Assembly: GCA_021613535.1 (NCBI GenBank)
Contig: CP075493.1
Span: forward strand, 3,224,001 to 3,288,000
DNA: 64,000 bases
Reading direction: 5' to 3'
Origin: Adineta vaga
Taxonomy: Eukaryota > Animalia > Rotifera
The notes beneath the pieces were generated by a model. That model was given only the letters and a program-made list of their open reading frames with translations, was not told the DNA's origin and did not search any database. The position numbers and the translations under genes were made by a program. Shown here in pieces: positions 23,109 to 37,484 of this stretch; within the stretch, counting starts at the first letter, position 1; the number at the start of each line of letters is the position of its first letter.

Positions 23109-23719
23109 ACATATACATATATATATACAGACTAATTAGATGAATTTTTTCTTGTTATATTTAAAAACAAATAATTCAGATGTGCAGATATTTTTGTATT
23201 CATTTCTTTGCTTTTGTTATTAAACTACTCTCTATTAGGTTCAAATATAAAAGTATATTCCATCAGAAGATATAACACAACAGGGTACGAAGTAATACTA
23301 ACTAAAATGGAACATACTGAGAGACAGTTCATCACGTGTACTCGTTGTTCCTTAATAATAAGAATTTGAATGTAAACATCATAACAAACTCAATAGATAT
23401 TACCAATTATCACTGTTGTCTAATGAAATATTGATTTCCTTTTGTTTCCAAATATTTATTTAAATAATAATGCAAATATAGTGAGAAGAATTGTTGTACT
23501 GTAAACTTTAGTATTCAATAGATGGTAAAAACTGACAATGCAGAACATATTTTATATCTTAATGTGCACGGAAAATAGGAAGGAAATTCAGCATCCGATT
23601 TTAGCATCAAGTAATTGAATAGCAAGTCCCATAAAAACCGGTCGTCTTCTCTCGAGTTTACTTACATTCAGATTAGAAAGATTTGAACACGAACACATTA
23701 GCATTGATTAAAACTAAAA

Positions 23720-25285
23720 ATGGTATGTATTGAAAGAACTTTGCTATAGAACCTGGATTAGTGAAGATGAAACAAGTTTCGATAAATTTAGGATCTCGAT
23801 ATATTTCGACGACATTATGGTGTTTTCATTGTTGTTAGTACATTTTTAAGTCGAATTATTTTCATTGGATTCTGTTGGAGTTATGGAACAGTCATCTCTC
23901 AATTTAAAAAACAAAATACAAATCTATCGGATACAGAATTAAGTAAATAAATTCATATCCGTGATACAAAAAAGATGATATGTATCTTTTATTTAGGTTG
24001 GATTGGTAGCATCGGTCAAAGTTTTGGTGGTCTTTTTGCTCCATTAATTCTTTTCTTAGCTCGACGATATGGTTATCAATTAACATTCATACTCGCATTA
24101 CTAACCTGCGCGATTTCATTACTTCTCTCTTCATATGTTCAAAATCTTCATTGGTTATTGATTACCTATTCATTACCATATGGTTTTGCTAATGCAGCAA
24201 TTTTCATTCTTGGAACATTACTTTGTGGTCTCTATTATCCTTTTAATCAACAATCGAAACATATTTTTGTCATGTGTATTATTTCTACTGGATTTCCATT
24301 AGGTTACCATATTATGAGTGCATTCGTATTGTCATCAATTGAAAAAAATGGCTGGCAAACAATGAAACGATATATGGGTTTACTTGAACTAGTTGCTATG
24401 TTTATTCTTGGTCCATTTATGACAACGAAATATTTGACAAATACAATTTCAGATTATCAACCTCCATTGATTACGAAGGCAGAAACTACGAATCGAAGAA
24501 ATTATCTTTCATTTCCAATTGTAATTTGGATGATTGGAATCTTTACAACTATGTCAGGAATTAATAATTTTCTACTTCATTTCGTAAGTTTTCTTTTGGA
24601 AAATAAATGGTTCTTTTTTCTTCTTCTTATGAAATGATTCTTCTAGCATAGCTATTTGGAAGCTTTGCATATACCTGCTGCTCGTGTTGATCTTTGGTTT
24701 CGTTTACATGGTCTATTCGATGCATTGTTTCGTTTTTTAATTCCACTCTTTATTCGTCTATATCCAATTGAAATTATTTATCTTTTTCCTATTTGTGTTT
24801 TCACGGGTTTTATCTTTCTCTTACTAACATTCGGTCTGCTTTATACACCTATATATGCCATAGCAATTTTACCGATTATTTGTAAGTTTTCATCAACGAA
24901 TTGAAATAATTTAACATTAAATATTTCTGTAGTATTTAGTTTTACATCAGCTATAACCACATCACTTCAATATAGTGTTTCAAATCAATTATTTGCAAAG
25001 GATCACATCGAGCAAGGATATATTTATCATGTTATTATTACAAGTCTTGGTCTTATCGTAGGTCCAGGAATTGGAGGTAAAGATTATATGATTATCATCG
25101 ATGGGTAAAGACAGGATGTTCTATTTTTAGGTCTATTTCTTGATGCAACAAAAAGTTATAAATCAATTATGTTAATATCAATGATATTTCTTTCCATTAG
25201 TTTTATTTCATTTTGTATTACAATTCTATCATTGAATAAGAAGAAAAATGAATCATCATCACAACATCAACAATCCAATTTTTAA
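23720..25285 (+). CDS. MFS transporter, monocarboxylate transporter (SLC16)-like
   Basis: Multi-exon, about 12 hydrophobic segments: SWIGSI..., ARRYGYQ, LHWLLITYSLPYGF, VGPGIGGLFLDATKSY. Confidence 0.85.
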
Positions 25286-25300
25286 TATATCGTTTCTTAT

Positions 25301-25612
25301 TCAGACATTGGGCAATTGTTTCACACCTGTATCTACACTAAAATTGACTTGAATAGGTGTTGTAACATTCGTATTCATTGTTGGACAAGGACATGGATCT
25401 CTTGAATTCGATGGTGATGTTTTTTCACCACATAAACAATTACAATCTAATCCATATCGTGGTTTTGAAATATCTTTAATTATTTGTTGAAATTGTGATT
25501 GATCAATTTGACATTCTATTGTTGGTATATAACGTTGACGAATACCACAACATGTACAATTACAATCGAGAAAGCGAAGTGTAAATTGTTCATCCTTTTG
25601 TTCACATGACAT
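25301..25612 (-). CDS. Small cysteine-rich protein, unknown function
   Basis: Single 103-codon ATG ORF with DCNCTCCG, DCNCLCG and CPCP motifs. Confidence 0.6.
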   Translation of the reverse strand: MSCEQKDEQFTLRFLDCNCTCCGIRQRYIPTIECQIDQSQFQQIIKDISKPRYGLDCNCLCGEKTSPSNSRDPCPCPTMNTNVTTPIQVNFSVDTGVKQLPNV

Positions 25613-25909
25613 AGTTAGTTTAGTGATTGAAAATAAGAAAAATATTAAATTTGATTCTTTTTTCTTTTGTATAAGGCGCTAGAAAAAGACATATTCATAA
25701 ATAAATATCTCTGAATTTGCTCATTCATCTATCACTTGTATTTGAAATTTTATAATATAAACAACAATTTATTAATAGAAACACCATGAATATTGTAAAA
25801 AAAAAGGAAAAGAAGAAAAAAAGAAGTCTTACATAAAAATGATCATCTATTATTTCACGATAATTGTCTATTTACTGGAAGAAAAATGCAAAGAATTTGA
25901 ATGTATTTA

Positions 25910-27280
25910 TCATGCAGTATAATAAATATTATCTTGCGGTGGTTGCGATGCTTGTGGTTGATAAGTATACTGTTGCTGTGGTTGTGCGTGATGAAATTGC
26001 GGATGCTGTGGTTGATGAAAATGCTGTTGCTGTTGGAATTGCTGTTGTTGCTGTTGTTGTTGTTGTTGAATTTCGACAACAATCTGTCGAATATATTCTT
26101 CAGTCATAATAAATCGTTGACCATTCATTGTTACTAGATAGAGATTTTCTTGACCATCGAAACGTGAACTATTCGTTGAATTGTCGTTTGACTGTGATGG
26201 TGCAGTAACTCCATTAGCCATAAGATTATTTGCTTCTTCAGGATCAATAACTTCAATTAAAATGCCTTGTGCAGCCATCATTGAATAATATTGATTGAAA
26301 AATTGTATGTTTGGATGTTGTTGTGGTTGTTGCGGCTGTTGTGCATGAGCTTGATAGAATTGTTGTTGAGGCATTTGAGGATGAAATTGATGCATCGGAT
26401 GTTGAGGATACATGTAAGTATTAGCATACGGTTGTTGTTGATAATAAGTACCAGTAGGTGTAGTTGGCATTGCATATACTGTTGGACGAATATGTGGATT
26501 TGCATAAATGAATGAATGAGAATATGGTTGTTGAGGATAACTTTCATATGTTGAATCAGAATCAGGTGAACGTCGTAAGGGTGGATCATCTGGCTCTTCG
26601 ATAATTGGTTTTGTTGATGATGAATTACTTGTGACACTGTTATGTTCATCTGTATCGGAATCAAGTTCAATAATTCGAGGATTTTGACGAGTTGTTTTAC
26701 TTCTTAATAAACTTTGACCAACACGAACTGAATTGAATTTATTTGGATCTATTCAATTTATTACATAATAAAACAAAGAAAATCATACCGAAAAAAAACA
26801 ATCTTACTAATCAATCGTTGTAATGCATAATAAAGAATTTCACCACCGTCCGGTGAACGACGAAGAAAATCATGTTTAGTCAATAATACTAACGCTTGAC
26901 CTAGAATTAACGATCAAAAGGAAAAGTAATCAGTTGTATCTTATTCAATCGAAAAACATACCATTCATCTGAAATTTTTCACTTGTTGCTCTTGTTAATT
27001 CAAATTTTCGACATTGATCTTCAACCCAATGTTGAACATCAGTCGACGACCATTTCGTTACATCTTTATTCGGAAGTTTTGGTAACTGTTTTGATATATT
27101 ATCTGCAGATGATGATCTGACTACTGCAGACTTGCTATCATTTTCCATAATGATTGTTTGTTTCATTGTTTCATCAGTATCAACTGCTTCATTTGGAGTG
27201 ACATTTACTCGATAACGAATTTGTGATAAATACTCATAATAACCATTTACAGGTAGTGATCTTAATCGGTGACTAATCAT
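25910..27280 (-). CDS. SAM/Pointed-domain protein with Q/P/H-rich tail and no ETS domain
   Basis: LPNKDVTKWSSTDVQHWV..CRKFEL..FQMNG|QALVLLTKHDFLRRSPDGGEILYYALQRL is a PNT signature. Three exons; start could be a downstream ATG. Confidence 0.85.
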
Positions 27281-27934
27281 TATCAAGATGTACGAGAGAA
27301 GGGAAAAAAGTCTAGTAGAAATAAAAGAGATATTGTATATGTATATAATGCAAAAGTAAGTAAGAGAAAAAGAAATGTTATCGGTGCAATGAAATATTGT
27401 ACGAGTGAGCAAGCACGAATATACATTGAGTTTTTTTTCACTGTCTCTATTGTACTTAGTTAAATGATTGATCGAACGAAACATGGAGAGAGAGTGAGAG
27501 AGATAGGGAATGGGAAAGAAAAAATGAGTTGTACTTTCGATCAGTTGTTTTGTATTCGTAATTGTAATGATACGCAAATCTGTTCTAATAGAACAAAAAT
27601 TTTAAATTATTTTACATTGAAATTTTAATGAAGAAAATTGAACGAATGAGAAATATATAGGTAATATGTGTATGTATAAACTGTAGTACTCTTTTGACTT
27701 TTGTCTCAAATAAATCAAAAGAATCATTCAAGCATAACTGTGATAAATGAGTGAACATATGAATCGTTCGTTGTTGTACTCAATCGTTTGCCCTACTCTT
27801 TTTCTTTTTATATTGATAGAAACCGTCTTTTTCACCTTCTATTGATCAACATTGACACTTTTCGCGAGAAATTGAATTGAATTTCTTTTTAATTTTATCA
27901 ATCACAAAAAAGAACAAAAAACGACGATATCATT

Positions 27935-28704
27935 CTAACGTGCAATAGTGCAAACAGAAACTAGAGGACATTTATGATCTTTTGAACAATATGAAGGTAA
28001 GGCAAATATACTTGGATCAATAGCACCTTTTTTGAAGCTAGTTACATCAAATACCATCAAATCATTGGGTTGTTGATCAATAATGTATGGTGTTTGTGTA
28101 GCATCAACTTGCCAATAGTAATTATTTTGAAGACCTTTTTTATCCCAAACTTGATATTTTACTGATTCAGTTGTATTATAACCAACAAATGTTGAATCAG
28201 ATAACCAATCAGGTCGAACAATACCACAACCACTTTCTGCGGTACAACACATACAACATGATTTTAATGCAGGAAATACAAGATAACGAAGACCTTTGAC
28301 AACAAGATGAGTACATGGAGTATCTTGAAAATATTTAACAGAACTACAATAACGATCATATTTGCCTGTTGAACGATCAATACGACTAATCGAATAGAAA
28401 GATGATTAAATAACGATTATAAGAAACGGATAGTCTTACACAGCTTTTTGATCGAAATCATAATAATAAGTTCCTTGAATATTTGAACCTGTACCAACTA
28501 CAGGAAGTGTACTAGTTTCATTGAAGATTTCTTGAAAAGCAACTGGCCATACAGGTGGAGTTGGATCAGCTAAATTATTAACAAAACAAAAGGATTATAA
28601 TCATAAAAGAAATATTCAAAAATAAAATCACCAGTAATAAATAAACGATCGGTATTACTGATAACCACTGCAATCAATGTAAGAATCAATTGATGACACT
28701 GCAT
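27935..28704 (-). CDS. Secreted Cys-rich protein of a protist-type family (possibly ependymin/LolA-like fold)
   Basis: Signal peptide, PTPPVWPVAF, GTYYYDF, RIDRSTGKYDRYC, CCMCCTAESGCGIVRPDWL, FALPSYC; three exons. Confidence 0.7.
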
Positions 28705-29105
28705 TTTCTAAATTCTAATCTTAATCTAATAAACACAATAATACACAATCTTTTCTTGATCAATATATTTTATAGTAAAAATGAAAATTGCTGATATATC
28801 ATTGAGAAAAACATACAGCTGCTATTTCGAACTGTGTCCCATATGCTATCACTCCCAAATTACTAAAAAAAAACATCGATATCATGCTGATTAGAATGTG
28901 TTAATGCAAAAATTAGGTCATTGTTCTAAATTATATTTAAAAAATATTATAGATGTCAGTTGTAATCAGTTAGTTCAAACAATAGCATATTGCTCGTTAA
29001 AGACATAACTACCGAGCGTTTAATGGCGATATGTTTATATGCTTGAAGATTTTCACACTTTCTGCTGAATTTACATACGTCAATTCAATCTTACAAATCG
29101 AAACG

Positions 29106-32063
29106 ATGACAACAGGAATGAATCTATTTGGTTCTATTGTACCAAATTTAAATACAATTTTTCTCATTGATACAAGTGGTTCTATGTATTCATGTTTACA
29201 AACCGTTCGTGACCATCTTTCTGCTTATTTACGTGTTCATGCTGTTGATATACCGAATCCTTATCAAACAATACTTTTTAATCTAATTGAATTTAATTCC
29301 AGTATACGTCGATGGGCTGATCGATGTGTGTTTTGGTCACACCCATCTGTCCTTGTTGCCGACGATTGGCTACGTACATTAGAACCAAAAACAGGCACAA
29401 ATACATTAGGTGGTCTATTGACTGCTTTTGCTGATACATTATGTCAACAGGTAGTATTAATTACTGATGGAATACCTGATCAAGAACCACAAATGATTAT
29501 TAATTTTCTTCAACATCAACAACAAGAAAAACGGCCATGTCATATATTTTATATTAATACACCATCAAATAGCGAACAAGAACAAGAAACAGTTGTCAAA
29601 TTCTTACAAGATTTAGCCGCATTAACACGCGGTTCATTAACCATTGCACATTTTTCACGAACAGGTTCATTAGAAAGTCTTGCATCAATGATAAACTATC
29701 AAATTGAAGATGCAACAAATCCTCTACTAGTTTTGGATACATCACTACCAGCACCGATGGGTGGACCACCAATGGACACTGCTGTTTCATCTGAAGTTGG
29801 AACACTTTTAATTGGACAAGAATGTTTAGCAAGAAAAGATTCAGATGGATATTATTATCGTGGTAAAATTCTCAGTCAAGTAAGAATACTATTTATATTT
29901 GATAATGATCTCAATTTCGTATATTTTAAAAGTTAAATATTAATCAGTTTATGGTTGAATTCGGTCCGCGATCGACAGCTGGATTTAATGAATCTGATTT
30001 TCAACCGACGTACTTATTTGATATTATTCATTATACAGATGCTTTAATGCATAAAATTCAAACAGGAGATTTTGTTCTTGCACCTGATGGACAACAAGGT
30101 CGATTCGTACCTGGAGAGGTATTGGATGGATTTGAAAAACGAGCTTCATGCGAAAGTAAATATATCATTTTCTTCTTCTTCTTCTTCTTCTGTCAGAGAT
30201 TTGTCTGATATTCTTTCAATCGAAAAAGAAAGAGTAATAATGTTTCATTTCTATCTGTATTTATAGACGATGAAATTCGTCCATTAGTTATTCATTTTGC
30301 TAATGGAAAAACTGTAACATTAAAACGATTACAAGAAGCAATTTGGATTCCATCTGCTATGTAAATACATTTGTTATAAAACACTGCTTTTTTATTATCT
30401 TAATGAAATATCTTTAGATATGAACGTATTAAATTTGAACTTACAATTCCTCCAAGTGCTCGACAATTTCTTCAAACACAATCCGTTGCCTATCCCACAA
30501 AAGTTTTACCCGGTTATCCAATGCCTGCACCTTTGCCAATGACTTCGAATGAATGGCCATTTTTTATCCCAAATCAACAATTTCAATCTATCTCACCTGT
30601 AGTACTTGTTCCTCATCAAACTATACCTGCAAGTGTTAATAGTGATGAAGTAAATAATTTAGTTATGATTTCACAACAAAGACCACAAAGTTTAATGACA
30701 AGTGATCAACTTAATCGAAAAGTTGATGATCAAATCAAACAACATTGGTATTTACTTGGTGATCGACAACCTCCTCCGACTCCAAGACCACCTCCATTAC
30801 CACCAACTCATACTCATCCACATACTCACTCTCATCCACACCCTCATCATCAACAACATCATTCACATTCAACAAATTCATCACCAAATCCGTATTCAAC
30901 AAGAAAGAAAAACGTTTGTTTTAATGAAGCGAATTCCATTCGACGCTATTCTGTAGATGATCTTGATATGACTCGAACACCAACTCCATTAAAATCTTGT
31001 TTGAAATCATCCTTATCAACAACAACAACAACAGCAACAGGGATGTATGATGGACAACCACCACGTATTGATGTCATTCATCATGCACATTCACAAACAT
31101 CACCAACATGTCATAAATCAAGACCAGACAGCGCTACCGTTTCTAATAGTGTCTCTCGTTCACCATCAGTACCTAATTCAATTGAACATTGGCATACAAG
31201 ACAACGTAAATCTGCACCTCGTAAGATTTTACATTTAGATTTATCAAAGAAAAACAACAGATAATGTCATTTTAGTTCCGCCAGCTGTATCAAACTCTCG
31301 AACACAAGAATGTCATCGCAAGCATTTAGGTCATTTATATGAAAAAGTAACAATTGAAATAGTGTTGTTGTTTTTTTCTTGATAAATAATAAATTTTATA
31401 TCATACTAGGCACAACGAGAAGTGAAAGAAGAACTTCAACAACAACAAATTCAACGTGAACAATACAAACAGCAGCAATCCAAAGATCAAGCACAACGTA
31501 TTCAGAATCGTCAACAAGAAGAAATTGATAAATCTGAACGTGCATTGGATGCCAAACGACAGTACCGTAGTCAAGTTATTCATCAAAATCATCAAAGGTA
31601 TGTATTCTTCAGAAACTGTTTTACAGAATCTTATCCAAAAAATTTCTTCATAATCAGAACACAAACCGTTGAAGAGCAAGCAAATGATCGAACACGATTT
31701 AAACAAAGTCAATATGCTCAACGAAGTTTCGATCATGCACAAGCTCGTCGTGTAGATGATCAGAAAACAACTGAACAAGCAGTGAGTACTTCAAATATGA
31801 TCTGATACATTCTATTCTTTGTTCTTATGCGCTTTTAGCAACGACGACAATATGTAGAAGCTCAGCGGAATCGCGCTCAGCATGATAATGTCCTTTCTGA
31901 AGAAGCCGATCGTTTGTATAAAGATGTTGTTTCACGTAAATTTCGTGAAGATGCTGATTATAAGGCACATGTTCGCCGTGATCGTGAAGACAAACGAGTT
32001 GATCTTATTCATGATATTGAAAAACGACGCATTGCATGGTCAAATCCAACAATTTTCTCATGA
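29106..32063 (+). CDS. vWA domain + Tudor-like (DUF4537-type) + coiled-coil protein (VWA3-like)
   Basis: MIDAS motif FLIDTSGSM, TNTLGGL, LITDGIPDQ; CLARKDSDGYYYRGKI; IQTGDFVLAP..PGEVLDGFEKR; multi-exon Q/R/E coiled-coil tail. Confidence 0.8.
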
Positions 32064-32357
32064 AAAACCTAAACTAAGAATTCATTCATTTTTCTTCTTT
32101 TATCTTCATATGGAACAGATACATGTCTATCGTCTTTCTGTGCTGTATTTTATATATACATATATATATATATCGAGAGAAAATGGGATCATAGTCTTAT
32201 AGATTGTCTTTACTATTGTTGTGAAATACGAAGTGTTTTACTATTTGATTAATACATAAAAAAAAGAGAATAAAGAAGAACACATAAATTGAATCAAAGA
32301 AAAGAAAAAGAACAGATGAAAAAAATATTAACAATGATTTAGTTTTTTTATTTTTTA

Positions 32358-34053
32358 TTATTGACTATAAACAGGATATTGTTGATACGGTAAAAACTGT
32401 GATTGAGATAGATGATTACTATCAAGAAGATTTGTACTATTTTGATATTGAGCAAGTGCAACATAACATTTCATAAATAAAGCTTTTATTCGACAAGCAG
32501 ATCGATGATCTGTACCGGTTATACGATGAATTTCTTGTTGAAGAATATTGACAAGTTTATCAAATTTACTATTATTGATGGATTTGTCTTCATCATTTTC
32601 AGTTATTGTTATAAATGTATGAAAAAGAAAAAGTAGGACAGCAAATGTATCGATTAATGCAGCATTTGCAACGATTTGAGATGTATGATTATATTGATTT
32701 CTCCATATACGAACTGCATTTATATAAATTGAATGATAATCAAAATTTATCGGAAGTAATGATGGTAGATCAATTAAACGAAGAAGACTTTCGAAAGCGG
32801 ATGATGTTGACAGTTGATCATATGTAAGATCATGGCCAAGTTGTTCGAGAAGATCCATTAATGGAATGGTTGGAGTTTTAGATGTTGTTGTTTTAGTTGT
32901 TGTTCGTGATGAACGATCTTTTGGCATTGCAGTCATTCCAACTCGAACACATTTAGCTTTTCGACATGCTCGACAATCTTTTCGATTGGATTTTGTTATA
33001 TTTGGTAATGGAATTTCACACGAGTGCTTGATTTCAATATGTGGATCTATTGATGAAAGAAAAAGAATTTTTATGAGAAAATAACATGCAACTATTGAGT
33101 TCCATATTGTATTCTTACCTTTAGTAACTCGTCGATAAAATGCTTTACACGATTCACATGTATATGCACCAAAATGATAGCCGGACGATTCGTCATGACA
33201 TACGAGACATGGTTGTTTGCTAGCACTAGTACTACTATTGCTAGAATTCGATGCTGATGTGACTAGAAAACGGACATATCCTTTCTCTTATATTTTTTTC
33301 AATGTACAAATAAAAGAAAAAAAAACGAAGAATACAGGGACAGGTTGGCATCCATTTCTGGATGATGTTTGAATACTACATACCATCATGTGTACGCATT
33401 TTAATCATAGTTGAATCCCATTGTGACATTGTTGATTGATAATCAGGTTGAATATCAATTGATGATGATGGTGTTGACGAAAGATATGATGGTACAGATG
33501 GCATTGTCATGTTTGTATTCGTATACATGGGATGAAAATGTTGATACGAATCAGTTGTTGACATATATGTTGACGATGAATAATCCATTGATGTTGAATT
33601 ATATGATGGTGTTTGAGATGAGTATGGATCAATGGAATAATTATTTGTAAACATATTCGAATATGGATCAATCAAGTACGATGATGAAGCATCAGGTAAT
33701 GGTTGATAATCATAATTATTATTATCCGTTGTTTGATATTGATTTGAATTAGATGTATGATTAAAGTCAAATGATGTTGGAAAATAAAAAGATTGATTTA
33801 TTGTATTACTATTTGTTGTTGGCAATGAAGAAGTTGTTTGCCACATATCACTGGTTGTTATTGTATTACTATTGCTTATTGTTGATTTAAGAAAACTAAA
33901 GAAGATAGATTAATTGTACTTTCAAAGTTGGATCTGTCCTCTTTACCTGTCTTGTGATTGGTGAGTTGAGTATAAATGCATATTATCTTTCGTTTCCAAA
34001 TTACCAATATTCTCGATATCCGCTGATTCATCAACGAAATCGTATTGCATCAT
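32358..34053 (-). CDS. Nuclear hormone receptor (C4 zinc finger, CESCKA P-box; short divergent LBD)
   Basis: CLVCHDESSGYHFGAYTCESCKAFYRR|...CRACRKAKCVRVGM. The CESCKA P-box is that of NR1J/HR96/DAF-12-type receptors. Confidence 0.88.
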
Positions 34054-37000
34054 CCTCTTCGAAAGTTAACTAATATGGAATACGAAAAAGAAAAAGAAAA
34101 CGAAGTAAAAACTAAAAACAAATCTTTTCTAATCTAGTTTATTTTCAATCATAACTTAACGATAACGATGATGAAGTGCTCAACTATTCGTTTGCTTTTT
34201 CTTTCGATTTTTAATTATATGAACTGTAGTCAGTATCATCTATATTATATTCTCCACCCATTTGCAATGATGCACATGCTCTCATAAAGCGCATTTTTAT
34301 GTTGATCATGGATGTCATGTGTTTTAGAGATGTGATATATACACATCATGCATCTATATGTATCGCACCCGTATGTTTTTAAGGATAGTAGGATAATGTG
34401 TACAAATAAACGATTGAAATCGTTTTCTTTTTTTCCACTAGTAATGGTCCACTTCAACTTTAGTTAATTATTCGTGTCGATAGACTACGTATAGCAACAG
34501 TCGAATAAACAAAACGAATTCAAGTTCAAATCCATTGTCTAGATCGAAAGAAGTTCGAGGTCAATATCATTCTCGATGTGCGCATATCCAGATTCTCATG
34601 AGGTTATCTCATACCTGTATGTATATGTGTCGGTCATCGAGGTTGTACTGATATTCTTTTCTTCAGTTTTCTTTTTCGAGTATGTCTAGATGAAGAATAT
34701 TTTTTAGGATAATGCGATTCCTTCTCTCTGACCACCTAACTCATTAACTTGAAACAAGATCAATATGGTCGTCAACGAAACACTCAAATCGAGACAGACA
34801 CATACTAGTTTTTTTCCGATCTCTCCCTCGCTCTCTCTCTCTTTCGTTCTCTGAAAAAAAACCAGACATAGGAGACCTCCTATTCTTACCTTCTTCCTTC
34901 TCTGCTTGTTTCTATTCTTTTTGATGTTGTCCTAGTTTCCAACCCACCACCATCGAATGCACGGGATGTGGAGAGAGACGGGGGAGAAAAAAAGAAACAA
35001 AATCATAAATGCAAGAGAAAGACAAGATTGGTGGAGATGTTACACATAGAAACCAATCGATGAATTTTAATTCTTATGTATATTATTAGGAGAAAAAGAA
35101 AGTGCAACTTTTAACTTCACGAAATATCAATCTATACATTTCACGTAGATAATATTCGCATGCATTGATTCACACTAGAAGAAAAAGAGCGATCATTAAT
35201 ATCTAAGTGTTAAACTAACTTCTCTCTCTCTCACTCAATACCTTTTTATTTCAACCGATCATTTCACTCATAAAAGAAACTTGTCAACGTTATCGAATCA
35301 ATTAAATTGTCACCTGAGATCGTTTTTTCTTCTTTCTTCTCTTGTAACTGTATTATTATTTGCATAAGCTAATCGAGCTTGTATCATTACTCTTTGGCTA
35401 CTATTTCCTTTTATTCACTATTGTTTGTATATACAATATAGATACCAATGAAAATGAAGTAGTATATATGCACATGCTTGCATTTTGTGTTAAGTGACAC
35501 CTTAGTGTCAGAAGAGAAAAGAGCAAGCAGCAAAGATTATCATTTATGGTTAGGGAATAGATGCAATATTGGACACGAGTACATCAGACAATTGTCTCTT
35601 ACTTTTACTCTCTTGAGTTCGATCAATAGCTTTGATAAGCTTAACAGGCAACTACAATTTCAACTAAGTGATTTTGTTAAAACAAACCGACACTTTTTTT
35701 TAAATGTCATTCAGATAAATATCACTCACTTCTTTTTATTAAGTTGTGACATCAGACATTCAGCAAACTGATTAAACACATATATATATATATATATAAT
35801 TTCGGTATGTATCTGTCTAAAGGAAACCATCTTGATCAATGATAACCTACATTTTCAATGTATCCCTAATGTATTCGAAATGATATCACTGTATAGAGAT
35901 TTATCAAAGAAAAAGCATATTTGTTGATTAATTATTGTCATGTTCATTCTCTTGTTTCTTTTTCAGATGAACAAAACCAGATATGATCATCAAGGAACAC
36001 TCAATATGATACTTAAATCATTTATAAACAATACATCGATCATCTATATGCACCAAAGACATTCCGAATGTCAGTTTAATCTGAACTGAATTCAAATAAA
36101 AAAGATATATCGACTGATTTGTTTCTTTTTTCCAACATTCAGATTGCTTTTTACAATAATGTTGCACATCTACAACCGTCATACGTTGACTGTTCAGAAA
36201 CTATTGTTCACTTGAAAATATTTATGAAGTTGTTCGTTCAGCAATAGCATATAAACTATTTTCTTAGAAATATAGCGTCGATTGAGCGAATAATTCTTTC
36301 AGCGAAAATACTTTTGGTCATTGTCTTCCTTTTATAGTTATATTCCGTTCATATTTTCTTTTTGATCTGCCACTCTACTGCTTTTGTCCTTATCTATCAA
36401 AAATATTTTTTCGCTTTCAAAATACATGTAAGATCTGATCTTTAACTACTTCATAGTATTATTATCTGTCAAATCATTAATTTAGAGTGAATCGTCCAAA
36501 TAATGCACCAATATACCTTTTTTCTTGCGGCCTTGTGAACGATTACTCTACGTTTTACGAGCAAGTCAAAAACGTTTGATACATAGCAATGATATCAATC
36601 ATAGTATTGACTTCTATCCCAGTCATCAATCACCGTATTAACCAACAACGACAGGAAAGAAAAATAAAACATTCACGCAATCAAACCACACAACAGTAAT
36701 CGTTGAAAACAAAATACAAAAATTCGATTATTCGAAAATGAATGCTTTCGAAAAATTACTATATCCGAATATCACCGATTTCACTATAGAGTATAATGTC
36801 TTTCTAGATCACGTTATTTTAATTGTAAAAAGATATGCGATCGTTTTTATGATGAAATCATATGTTTCGTTTTCTTTTCATTGAAATTGAAAACAATCTG
36901 TTTGTAAGACTATCCTTGTATCTGACAGTATTTGTTGTGGCTTTTTAACTAGATATAAAACACATGGTTTGGGATATTTTGCGATTTGCATGATCGACTT

Positions 37001-37117
37001 GTCATCTGTTTTCTCATTGGTAACAAATGTGGTCTGTGTGGGCACAAACGATTAAATAGTTTATTAGAATATATAAAGAAGAAAAAAACGAACGAAAATA
37101 TATATGCACAAATGGAT

Positions 37118-37125
37118 TGACGTCA
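37118..37125. promoter_or_regulatory. Perfect CRE (TGACGTCA) inside a 14-bp palindrome upstream of the kinase gene
   Basis: gattgacgtcaatc about 360 bp upstream of ATG 37485. Function is inferred only. Confidence 0.35.
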
Positions 37126-37484
37126 ATCTATACCTCGTTGTATTATACTAAACGTAATGGATAATTTCGAGAACAAAAAGAATAAATGTGTTTTCAGAAG
37201 AAAAAAAAAGAAGATTTATTACAGATTCATTTCTTTTTTGAAATCTAATTTATTTGAAATGTTCGCAAAATTGCTTGACAAAGTTTCTTTATTTATCATC
37301 TCATATCATTTGTAATTAAACACGACACTTGTATTGTTCAGTGAAGCGTAAATAGATATAGAGAAAAGAGAAGAAGAAGAAGTGTATAGTTCACTTGTTG
37401 TGATTTCTCTTCAATACATACAACTTTTAATCATAAAATACGATCGAATATTGTGTTCTTTCTTTTTATTATTTAGATATAGAA

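Noticed and set aside
34245-37400. Short ORFs between the nuclear receptor and the kinase
   Set aside because: No motifs or coherent splice structure; likely divergent regulatory DNA.
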